32,000 bases of DNA. Origin: Acaryochloris marina S15 (lineage in GTDB: Bacteria > Cyanobacteriota > Cyanobacteriia > Thermosynechococcales > Thermosynechococcaceae). The position numbers were made by a program, and so were the translations under genes. The notes under the pieces are model-generated. The model was not told the DNA's origin, did not search any database, and saw only the letters and a list, made by a program, of their open reading frames with translations. Numbering within the stretch: the first letter of the stretch is position 1; each line of letters begins with the position of its first letter. The stretch lies in assembly GCF_018336915.1 (NCBI RefSeq), contig NZ_CP064923.1, positions 2,370,001 through 2,402,000 of the forward strand, in the 5' to 3' direction. Shown here one piece after another: positions 19,601-26,345 of the stretch.

Positions 19601-20952
19601 GCCTCAAGTGAAGTTTGGATTGGAACGGGTTGGGACTCGGGAGGTTGAACGTTAGATACTGGTTTTTCCTGAACAGGTTTAGAAGAAATAACTGGTTTTT
19701 GACTAGACAGTGGAGATGCTTTTGGGGCAGCTTCTTCTTTACTTTGGACAACCTGGGTGTTTTGAGTAGATAGAGCTAATGAATGGTCAGGGGCAGAAGA
19801 GACTTTTGGGAGGTTTGGTTGAATGGGGGTAGAGACTTCTGATGCTTCAGTTGGAGATGAATCAGAATTTGTAGAATTGGCAAGAGGTGAAGGGTCTAGG
19901 CTAGAAGATGTTACGTCTGAGTCTAGAGGAGTGGCCTGTTCTTGAGACTTAGGGAGACTCTCTTGGATTGCGGAGGGCTCGGAATTTGCCTTGATTTCTG
20001 GTAAATCCTGGCGTTTAGTCTGAAGGGGCGGCACATCTGTTGGGTGGGAAGAAGCACTCACCTCAGGAGATATCGCTTTGGATGAGGGATGTGCGATTGG
20101 TTTCTGGGGCGTTTGTTCAGGCTGGGGGTTGAACTCAGTACTGGGTTTGCCGGCAACCCCCTCTGATGATGTCTGAAGTCCCGGTGTGTTGTCTATTGGG
20201 GAGGAAGCAGGGGAATGTGCTGACTCTTGAGCATGGGATTCATGGGATGGCGGGCTAAGTTTAGAAGTCCTGACCAGCTTAGGTTGAAGTATTGTGTCAG
20301 GACTGCTTTGATCTTGAGCAATCTGTTTTTCTGATTCAACCTGCTCAGAATGAGGGACTAAAGACTGGGTAGAGATCTGATACTGCACAGGCTGAATAGA
20401 AGGGGCTGCAGCTTGGGTCGGGGCAGCATTAAGGACTGCATTAGTCTCACTGGATGACGATGGTTCTACTTCTGGTGCATTGCGATGGATCTTGTTAGCA
20501 TTGCTGGGTGCTGTTGGCGGCTCCTGATGGGTTGATAATTGCTCTAATTTAGGTTGCAGATTCTCGGCAGGTGCTTTCGGAGCAAGAGTGCTAGGTTGCG
20601 CTCCAGGAAACTGGGTTACGACGGATTGAGAGATGTTGGAAGCCATTGACGACAGCTCGTCAATGGCTTCCGTTGGCACCTGGGCAGCAAAATGGGTATT
20701 TAGAAGATTTGTCCGAGCTGTTTCGGTAGGCAGGGTGGCATCCAAGCTTATTAGGGATACAGTGCCCAAGGGAGATAGGGTATGGGGTTGGAGAAAGGAT
20801 TGTCCTAGAACAGGAGGAGGTAGCAGTGGATGTTGCAGGCCGAGCGAGTCTGAGGAAGGAATCTCTTCCGGCTGGGATTGATGACCTTGACCTGAATTGA
20901 CATCCATAAACAAACGTTTTGGGTTAGTTACTGGGGTAGAATCCTCCGGCAT
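13687..20952 (-). CDS. giant (2421 aa) low-complexity Ser/Pro/Gln/Thr/Glu-rich protein with a short ordered C-terminal motif; tape-measure-position protein of unknown function
   Basis: An uninterrupted 7.27-kb ORF cannot arise by chance. It is packed between the tube and tube-initiator genes. It is almost devoid of aromatic and Cys residues and has no recognisable enzymatic motif (no HExxH). The C-terminus is 'ILAREIYHILRQRLEVERERHGGYHSGRLPW'. An alternative start, ATG 20907, would remove the 29-nt overlap with the tube gene. Confidence 0.9.
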   Translation of the reverse strand: MPEDSTPVTNPKRLFMDVNSGQGHQSQPEEIPSSDSLGLQHPLLPPPVLGQSFLQPHTLSPLGTVSLISLDATLPTETARTNLLNTHFAAQVPTEAIDELSSMASNISQSVVTQFPGAQPSTLAPKAPAENLQPKLEQLSTHQEPPTAPSNANKIHRNAPEVEPSSSSETNAVLNAAPTQAAAPSIQPVQYQISTQSLVPHSEQVESEKQIAQDQSSPDTILQPKLVRTSKLSPPSHESHAQESAHSPASSPIDNTPGLQTSSEGVAGKPSTEFNPQPEQTPQKPIAHPSSKAISPEVSASSHPTDVPPLQTKRQDLPEIKANSEPSAIQESLPKSQEQATPLDSDVTSSSLDPSPLANSTNSDSSPTEASEVSTPIQPNLPKVSSAPDHSLALSTQNTQVVQSKEEAAPKASPLSSQKPVISSKPVQEKPVSNVQPPESQPVPIQTSLEATAQDIELTTPPTEQATDITTDLPAKRTIQSSPISPNELQTSRSQASLANSKVEANPSHSIDRGSSIETPVTPSPKPKTNETPIKTTIVQTVTPASPQQSPDDESLLLKNSEPPSSTAKTSDSSTETTTIQNSESSAVQQSSTDHPQIPKVETNRINPSNNLPSVESPSIPSTSEKIDGEAVQSTAIQRADDLTPQASTKAPEKKQTKQSKKSKQKKLPLQAQLSRMGKRAQQDINKVGIQLKQASQSLPVGKSRAKANEVQKSTNDSPPLSNAPLLQAKSSPDSKQSSSEVSLVQTGTKAVEKAPSQELSQEKLLSVNTENADYEENSPTVQAIPESIDLPQEHSPSTPLQTKSLGMSEPTIHQDKHPNSIAGPNEGTESTSDSKASRPDQIKSESSTPEGSADQQKPTSSSDVTSNAESSSSRSKAKTRGPFPVQPLQRLTRFSQQVMDTVSRQLEPQPNEESNPLQRQQQFLSKNSEQNRKDQTINPVSPQKSVGEDTSPSQGSGGKAVDKNAVTSIQSDIQAKPFSPNTVPDTAIHSKSKLSSNEQEHPKNQSGRLTDVTADENLQTQELPTVQKAEASQSSIPTPLPSEQVDFPTPNSIEESSPREGHNPALVAQGEAQPNAAQPGWQTTQNQFADRITNLGSEIKERVDRSIRKQSSRRQLPQSIQCQEAGSVEPATSSEVAQKNISLQSADVPELNRDNIQASAEPSSDKVYGNEQPLLTDSVQLTSTSNPATESLVQTDVNPAIPPSPAKDTNNPPESTTEPIIQASSVDKAKTPQPPKDSGQNEPALPSGNEDSIQRTPDSSEITSTSSEQPITDVSSRGSENRGSTPKSSQSRNLSLNSHISKIGTTIVQQLANLRPKKTKSKRQTNKQNLASSPAKISSENTGADTTLRPTLLTEQEETSPSTHQSNPLERPNVPTQSSPTTGHTAVVQRQHDTGDGSEAASTRAPIVSDQPSRNTPHSSIQPSEVPSPLADSSIKRHSSTAEIIQKQPIPAEEINSKPLDSESSSSFSEPNLQHRTELSSLPTSDSIQLSPQKNSITQSEAINQATSIPSTNNSIQRQDVTHQQSSQLDNADDRIKQSKAAIPPSSHSLSQAELSLQESTDSDENSEVSNTSDPDNLLQRQTIQEQSQPDIPNAPTPNFLDQHVLETESHPPERPPISEVSVQTKVEQPSITSQTQQQLPAGSDLSIQEFSEEQVQLSKKSKQSDDRESPKVVIEVNLSEATSQNLDSTNINTSQSPKQDDNVSNSASPTIQANVNPPKETVSDQSLSESDLKVNAPDHTAIAATQNAKILESQENNVPQAPSNTSDTASIAETGNIVQRKIETQSNSDQPLVARRKDVSDASKPLHAQAKAPETPVLDKTSAQTEPNTEISKLLSKQTSTVPIQAVEISVVQPAVEAQLQKGSNGQSYDNCDRIQESPPDTRDILSIQPTPDSQPSQSIDQPEQQQATPNSHISPTVDTSPPNNLPEATIEPAIQASSIEQSHDSNTALTDISDASEIIQSAHQPSTISKTKIGSDLPTPTTRSDQATPAPLAKPSISDTKTPDLQQLPTENIADSSPQKVESIQSQPDKVESLHRRVIEITAQRPDGSIENANLPSQDISSSPSSDLNENQILQKNSESHSSQVETEFDPAHTEISSNIVQKSEVAEPPQVTPDSKIQISDADRSDSSLASTQPLSSPPIKPTIQHQDPSGGTLDALKIDQINAQPDSTDLRQRRVIEIAAQPPELELPQENSPDLTVAQLLATGQAPSPLSSIADNFVAPKLISSLWPASQSNRQHRAQKLSHLQRPNIPLDLSPGDTALSEEDFEANTENAIAPTIQPSALPSNWSSIEDLFTVQSPSAIQRQAEPQTPVPEDTSDLVLTPTGIHPEKRVQRKTASVRRTAQTLQKALAAPPPVSSPLQTTEVVMRQSHTDTSTASKVDEQSFEILAREIYHILRQRLEVERERHGGYHSGRLPW

Positions 20953-21496
20953 CTCTACCTTTCAAGAAGGTAGCCCCACCGCCTGCGTTACTGCTGGGCT
21001 GCAGGTTGGCAACGACCTTTAGACCTTCGTATGCCAAGGTGAGTTCTTCAATGGCAACGGTAGATGTATCCGCTTGGAGAGCTGGAGCTTGCCAAGCCAC
21101 GGGGACGGCACCAATTAAGGTCCAGGTTTGAATGGTTTCTCCTGCTTGATTGAACAAGAGGATATTGATGTTGCGACGCTGGGGATTCACATTACGATCG
21201 GTCGGTTCTAACTGGGTGAGCATACGACTGGCCCAGCCCCAAAACACTAGATCATTCGTAATCCCTCGCTTGAGGGTGACATCAGAGAATTCAGTTTGAC
21301 CGAGTATGATTCGCTGCTGGTTGTTGACGCCGCCTTCAAAGTAGGTGTCATGCTTGATTTTGGCGCTTAACCCTGAACATTCGCTAAAGCAAGCACTGAT
21401 ATAGCTCTTTTCTTGGATTTCGACATAGAAGCGATTGGCAGTGACGTAGTTAAGGTTATGGGTTTCGCTGTTGCTAGCCACTAGTGCCGCCCCCAT
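20924..21496 (-). CDS. phage-tail/eCIS inner tube protein (T4 gp19-like, Afp1/Afp5-type)
   Basis: 'NRFYVEI....ISACFSECSGLSAKIKHDTYFEGGVNNQQRIILGQTEFSDVTLKRGITNDLVFWGW......RRNINILLFNQAGETIQTWTLIGAVPVAWQAPALQADTSTVAIEELTLAYEGL' matches the conserved phage-tail-region tube family. It carries an extra ~28-aa Gly-rich C-terminal extension. Confidence 0.88.
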   Translation of the reverse strand: MGAALVASNSETHNLNYVTANRFYVEIQEKSYISACFSECSGLSAKIKHDTYFEGGVNNQQRIILGQTEFSDVTLKRGITNDLVFWGWASRMLTQLEPTDRNVNPQRRNINILLFNQAGETIQTWTLIGAVPVAWQAPALQADTSTVAIEELTLAYEGLKVVANLQPSSNAGGGATFLKGRDAGGFYPSN

Positions 21497-21707
21497 AGTT
21501 CCGCTCGCGCTGATTTTGCAGGTCGTTTTGCATCAGTTCATAGATGCGATCGCATAATCGAGATTGCGCCAGTGGATCTTGCAAAATCTGGGCTGCTAAT
21601 CTGAAAACCCTGTCTCGATCAGATAGATCAGACAGTCCAGGCGAGCACCCCGCTGAAGCTGAATGGATTCTCTGGTTTTCTCCTAGAGACTGATCCCCTT
21701 GGCTCAT
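21474..21707 (-). CDS. small hypothetical protein (77 aa from ATG 21707; 102 aa if GTG 21782), first gene of the tail-like operon
   Basis: Its 3' end overlaps the tube gene start by 23 nt. Its C-terminus 'LCDRIYELMQNDLQNQRERNYGGGTSG' parallels the giant protein's C-terminus. Contains a HIP1 site. The start codon is uncertain. Confidence 0.55.
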   Translation of the reverse strand: MSQGDQSLGENQRIHSASAGCSPGLSDLSDRDRVFRLAAQILQDPLAQSRLCDRIYELMQNDLQNQRERNYGGGTSG

Positions 21708-22587
21708 ATGGCAAGTACCTAGTAACAACTCTCCCCGCCTGCCCCACCCCGCTTCAGATAAGGGATGAGGGACCAGCCTCACTCTATGGGCCAGAAAGAG
21801 CGACCGATAGTAGCCAAAGGTCTAACTGCACCAAGCATATGGTTCTACATAGGCGCAAGCCTTCCATGAACAAAAGCTGTGATGGGTAAAAAGGTCTATT
21901 AGAGAATGGTCCTCTTCTCCACTTTGAGTAGAGGCTAAATGAAGCCGTGAACTTTTCTAAGATTTTCCATCAGTTTTATCTTGCTTCATCATTTGATTAA
22001 CAAAAGCGAAGATTTTAGTAAATATACTCAGGAATCCATAGGGTATGAAGAAACTAAATCTCAGATGAAGCTTTACCTATCGCACCTAAATGGATAGGCA
22101 AAAGTAGAAAAATTTGCTGACTGCATTCACTTTTTTTCAACCGTAAGGAGGGTCTGATATCAGCTGAGACCTCTAAAAGTGGCTTAACTTAATAATTTTT
22201 TACAGGATTAAATTTCTTCTGACAAATAAAACTTACTGGGCATCAATAATCGAGAATCGTTTTCATGTTGATGTCTTAAAAGTATGCCCAGAAAGCTTTT
22301 TGAGCTATTTGACTGTCCGTAACTTTTGCCGAAATACTCCAAACTTTTCTATCCATAAACTCGTAATTACCAAAAAAAACCTGAAATCCAGAGATTATCA
22401 AGGTTCTGACGATCTATATTTAGCGAATAGCATTTAGAATAATCCATTAAATCGACGTGGTTGCGACATTTCAGCCAGTTAGACTGTAGTTACACTCCAG
22501 ATAGAACATCAGATTTATCTGTATTTTTCTGGAACTACAGACTCGATTTTTTTGCTCACGCTTAACTGAACAAATAGGAGTCAATCA

Positions 22588-22869
22588 ATGAATAAAGGAG
22601 AACTCGTCGACGCCGTTGCTGATAAGGCAAGTGTCACGAAAAAGCAGGCAGATGCAGTTCTGACTGCCGCCCTAGAGGCCATTGTTGAATCTGTCTCGTC
22701 AGGAGAAAAAGTCACATTGGTGGGATTTGGCTCATTTGAACCTCGCGAACGCAAGGCCCGGGAAGGACGTAACCCCAAAACCGGTGCGAAAATGAAGATT
22801 CCCGCAACTAAAGTTCCAGCTTTCTCTGCAGGTAAGCTGTTTAAGGAAAAAGTTGCTCCTAAAAAGTAA
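22588..22869 (+). CDS. hup: DNA-binding protein HU
   Basis: Classic HU sequence 'MNKGELVDAVA...VTLVGFGSFEPRERKAREGRNPKTGAKMKIPATKVPAFSAGKLFKEKV', with an AGGAG Shine-Dalgarno upstream. Confidence 0.97.
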   Translation: MNKGELVDAVADKASVTKKQADAVLTAALEAIVESVSSGEKVTLVGFGSFEPRERKAREGRNPKTGAKMKIPATKVPAFSAGKLFKEKVAPKK

Positions 22870-22899
22870 TTCCTTAATTTTTGGTATGAGGCGTCACTT

Positions 22900-24003
22900 T
22901 TGAGTCGCCCTTTACATGGAGGCAACCTGCGGTGGGCTGCAGACATAGCAGGTTGTTCTCCCAGCTGTATTCTCGATTTCTCGGCCAGTATTAATCCGCT
23001 TGGGCCGCCTAAATCTGCAATCACAGCAATTCAAACTCATCTCGATACCCTCACGGCTTATCCAGATCCCAGCTATCAGTCCATTTGCCAGGTGTTGAGT
23101 GAGGTTCACCGGCTCCCCATTGACTGGTTCTTACCGGGAAATGGGTCAGCAGAATTACTCACTTGGGCCTGCCGTGATTTGGCTCAACTTGCATGGACTG
23201 GGGTTCTAACGCCCGCATTTGCTGACTATCAACGGGCACTGAAGGCGTTTCAAGCCCAAATTCGACCCTTACCTGTGGATCTTAGCCAGATTCACCAACA
23301 ATCTTCCAGTGATTTGATCGAGCAGGCCTTACAGGGCGCTAGTCAGTTTGCCGATTCAGCTCAAGCTGGACTGTTACTGAATAATCCCCATAATCCCACT
23401 GGAGGGCTGGTCAGCATCAGTCAAATAGAACCGTTTCTAGAGCAGTTCTCTTTGGTGGTGGTGGATGAGGCATTTATAGACTTTTTGCCTGCAAATGCTG
23501 ACTACAGCTTGATTTCTAAAGTGCAAGATTTTCCCAATCTCATTATCTTGCGCTCTCTGACCAAGTTTTATAGTTTGCCTGGGTTGCGGTTGGGATATGC
23601 CGTTGGCCACCCTGATCAGCTACAACGCTGGCAACAATGCCGCGATCCCTGGTCCGTGAACTCCCTAGCTGTGATGGCAGGGATAGCGGTACTGGAAGAT
23701 CAAGCGTTTCAAAACAAAACCTTATCGTGGTTACCCCCTGTTCGCACTGAGCTGATGCAAGGTTTGGTGGATTTGGGGGCTTATCCCCTGGAGGGGGCAG
23801 CGAATTTTCTGTTAGTACAAACGAAGGTTTCGGTGCCTATGTTGCAGGAGTTGCTTTTAAAACATCACCGTATCCTGATTCGAGATTGCCTGAGCTTTCC
23901 GGAACTGGGAGATCAGTATTTTCGAATTGCCGTGCGGACCCAAGCAGAAAATCAACGATTACTGACGGCCCTGACCGATTGCCTACCTCAGTTATCTGTT
24001 TAG
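22900..24003 (+). CDS. cobD: threonine-phosphate decarboxylase (CobD-type, class I/II aminotransferase fold)
   Basis: The N-terminal 'HGGNLRWAADIAGCSPSCILDFSASINPLGPP' signature is typical of CobD, and the PLP-lysine region is 'RSLTKFYSLPGLRLGY'. TTG start. HisC-like aminotransferase cannot be fully excluded. Confidence 0.75.
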   Translation: MSRPLHGGNLRWAADIAGCSPSCILDFSASINPLGPPKSAITAIQTHLDTLTAYPDPSYQSICQVLSEVHRLPIDWFLPGNGSAELLTWACRDLAQLAWTGVLTPAFADYQRALKAFQAQIRPLPVDLSQIHQQSSSDLIEQALQGASQFADSAQAGLLLNNPHNPTGGLVSISQIEPFLEQFSLVVVDEAFIDFLPANADYSLISKVQDFPNLIILRSLTKFYSLPGLRLGYAVGHPDQLQRWQQCRDPWSVNSLAVMAGIAVLEDQAFQNKTLSWLPPVRTELMQGLVDLGAYPLEGAANFLLVQTKVSVPMLQELLLKHHRILIRDCLSFPELGDQYFRIAVRTQAENQRLLTALTDCLPQLSV

Positions 24004-24037
24004 ATGAGAAAAGGCATGAGCGCCTTGGGAGTAGGCT

Positions 24038-25321
24038 ATGGCTGATTATGATTTGGTGGTGGTGGGCAATAATGCGGTGGCTCCCTGGGCTGCGATCGCA
24101 GCCAAAGAACGGTCGGCCCGAGTCGCTTTTATCTCTGTTTCTCCAGAACCCATCCCGTATCATCTCCTTCTGCAGCAGTGGGTACAAACCCAGCCCCCGA
24201 TGGCTTTGACCGAATGGATTGAAGCGATGACAATGCGGCTGCAGGCCTCTCGATCGCCGGCCAAATTAGCCAGTTTAGGCATTGAGCAGCTCGATGGTAT
24301 CGCTCAGTTTAGAACCAAGCCGAATTTTCAGGTGCATTGTCAGAATCGGGTATTGAAATCTCATCGGTATCTCCTCTGTCTAGATGCAGATTTATCTTCA
24401 CCAGATGTTCCAGGGCAAGCGGACTGGCTCAGTCCGGCTGATGTTCTAACTCGACTAGACGATCCAAATCAGTCCCTAACCGATCCAGTGCTGGTGGTAG
24501 GGGATGGTCCGGTAGCCGTTTCCCTGAGCCAATCCTTAGGTCGTTTGGGACATTCAGTCCACTTACTGTGTCCCCATAATCAAATTTTGCCTTGGGAAGA
24601 TGCTGAAGCAGCTTGGCGGGTGCAAGCCCACCTAGAGGCTGATCGTGTCCATATTCACTGCCACTGCCAGATCAAAGGCGTTACCCCATCATCCGGCTAT
24701 CAGGTATCGACGAATCAAGGCTTGTTGAGGGCCGGATCCTTAGTTTGGGCTGTAGAAACAACCTCAGCCATCCTGAATCCCAATCAAGTTGCTGTGGATC
24801 TCCGTCATACCTCTCAAGGCTTGTGGGTGAACCCTCAATTGCGAACCTCTCATTCCCAAGTGTATTCCTGCGGGTCGGTCCTGGGGGGATATACCCTGGC
24901 AGATATTGCTCAGTATGAAGCATCTGTAGCGGTGAACAATGCCTTGGGTGCCAGGCAGACGATCGAATATGGCACCTTACCTTGGGCTATCTCGACCATG
25001 CCAGTGTTAGCAAGGGTGGGTTTAACAGAAACTCAAGCCCAACAAGCATCCAGGCCATTTAAGAGTTTCTATCATACCTACCAACAAACTGAGCAAGGTC
25101 AGCTCCAGGACCAGACCGGCTGGTGTAAGGTCCTCATCCAAAATAATGGCCAAATACTAGGGGCTCATGTAGTGGGTGCGGGTGCGGCTGAAATAGTTCA
25201 TCTAATCGCTTTAGCCATACAAAAGAGATGCCCGATTTCAGAGCTGGTTAGCCTTGAATCTTTTAAATCTAGCTACGGCAGTATTGTGGGACACATTGCT
25301 CGGCAGTGGTGCCAAAAGTAG
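24038..25321 (+). CDS. pyridine nucleotide-disulfide oxidoreductase-family protein (degenerate FAD motif, no redox-active CxxxxC)
   Basis: Family architecture: N-terminal Rossmann region 'DYDLVVVGNNAVAPWAAIAA', second dinucleotide motif 'VLVVGDGPVAVSLSQSLGRLG', and C-terminal dimerisation domain '...GWCKVLIQNNGQILGAHVVGAGAAEIVHLIALAIQ'. Confidence 0.75.
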   Translation: MADYDLVVVGNNAVAPWAAIAAKERSARVAFISVSPEPIPYHLLLQQWVQTQPPMALTEWIEAMTMRLQASRSPAKLASLGIEQLDGIAQFRTKPNFQVHCQNRVLKSHRYLLCLDADLSSPDVPGQADWLSPADVLTRLDDPNQSLTDPVLVVGDGPVAVSLSQSLGRLGHSVHLLCPHNQILPWEDAEAAWRVQAHLEADRVHIHCHCQIKGVTPSSGYQVSTNQGLLRAGSLVWAVETTSAILNPNQVAVDLRHTSQGLWVNPQLRTSHSQVYSCGSVLGGYTLADIAQYEASVAVNNALGARQTIEYGTLPWAISTMPVLARVGLTETQAQQASRPFKSFYHTYQQTEQGQLQDQTGWCKVLIQNNGQILGAHVVGAGAAEIVHLIALAIQKRCPISELVSLESFKSSYGSIVGHIARQWCQK

Positions 25322-25343
25322 CCTTTTAGGTTTAATGCTTTAG

Positions 25344-26345
25344 CTAAACCGCTTGAGGTGCTTTGCCCATCTGTTCACGGCCATGGGGGTCAGATAAACT
25401 GGTAATATCAGGCCCTGAAGGGATAATGCCGCCAGGATTTAGGGGAAAGAGAAAACCGTAGTAACTTTGTTTGACTGCTTCTAGGTTGCAGGTGTCTGCT
25501 ACACCAGGGAGTTGGTAAAGATCACGCAAATAGGGGCCTAAATGCTGGTAGTCCTGGATTCGTCGGCGGTTGCACTTAAAAAGTCCGTAGTAGGCGACAT
25601 CGAATCGGAATAAGGTTGGGAATAGCCGCACATCCGCAAGGGTTAAGGTATCACCACAGAGATATCGTTGGTTGGCAAGGGCTGTATCGATTTCGTCTAG
25701 AACTTCAAACAGCTCGTTGCAGGCTTGATCGTAGGCCGTTTGGGTTTGGGCAAAACCACAGCGATACACACCATTATTGACGGCATGATAGATTTTCTCA
25801 TTCCACTGGTCGATGGTGGGACGCAAGGCTTCGGGGTAGAGATCTAGGTCTGGCTGTTGACCAATGTCAGTGAAGGCGGAATTAAGGTTGACAATGATCT
25901 CAGAACTTTCGTTATTGACGATCTTTTGAGTTTGAGTATCCCACAGCACTGGCACAGTGCAGCGGCCCTCATATCCAGGCTGTGCCAGAAGATAGAGATC
26001 TCTAAGGTTACGGCACCCTTGATGTTCAGAGGCAAAGACCCAGCCCCCTTCCGTATCAGAGGGTTGAACCACGACAACATCTATCACGTCTTGTAACCCT
26101 TGTAAGGCTCGAACCACTAAGGTGCGATGGGCCCAAGGACAGCCTAGCCCCACATATAGCCGATACCGTTGAGGGACCGCTGGGAAGGTATCGCTGCCAA
26201 TTTTGTCTCGGAACTGGCTCTCTGGTCGAATATAGGCACCCCCTTTACTCCGTGGGGCCATATTTGACATCATCACATTCCACATTGTGGTCCAAACAAA
26301 CTTACCCAGGCTGATGATGGCTTTGGGGGGTAGAGATTTACCCAT
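25344..26345 (-). CDS. Xi-class glutathione S-transferase / glutathionyl-hydroquinone reductase (YqjG/ECM4-like)
   Basis: Diagnostic catalytic motif 'RYRLYVGLGCPWAHRTLVVR', plus the GST C-terminal domain. The exact start is uncertain because several Met codons lie near the 5' end. Confidence 0.85.
   Translation of the reverse strand: MGKSLPPKAIISLGKFVWTTMWNVMMSNMAPRSKGGAYIRPESQFRDKIGSDTFPAVPQRYRLYVGLGCPWAHRTLVVRALQGLQDVIDVVVVQPSDTEGGWVFASEHQGCRNLRDLYLLAQPGYEGRCTVPVLWDTQTQKIVNNESSEIIVNLNSAFTDIGQQPDLDLYPEALRPTIDQWNEKIYHAVNNGVYRCGFAQTQTAYDQACNELFEVLDEIDTALANQRYLCGDTLTLADVRLFPTLFRFDVAYYGLFKCNRRRIQDYQHLGPYLRDLYQLPGVADTCNLEAVKQSYYGFLFPLNPGGIIPSGPDITSLSDPHGREQMGKAPQAV

Noticed and set aside
11206-20881. 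Numerous 60-150-aa plus-strand ORFs opposite VgrG and the giant gene (e.g. 12468..12932, 13656..13979, 15128..15415, 16628..16907)
   Set aside because: They are shadow ORFs, expected opposite long, compositionally biased coding regions. None has a start context or any family resemblance.
13687-20952. Possibility that the giant region is a nucleotide tandem-repeat or CRISPR-like array, or hides a toxin or DUF4157 metallopeptidase domain
   Set aside because: I could not see exact or near-exact nucleotide tandem units or spacer-repeat periodicity. Repeats are only detectable as short, diverged peptide motifs. No HExxH occurs; the closest is 'HESHA'.
22484-22552. Imperfect hairpin (CTGTAGTT ... 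AACTACAG, inner CCAG/CTGG) followed by a T-run in the hup leader; considered as an attenuator or terminator
   Set aside because: The stem is interrupted, the loop is long, and the T-run is separated from the stem by 5 nt. There is not enough evidence to call a terminator or riboswitch.
22581-23024. 147-aa minus-strand ORF
   Set aside because: It is antisense to hup and to the 5' end of the cobD-like gene, both confidently identified.
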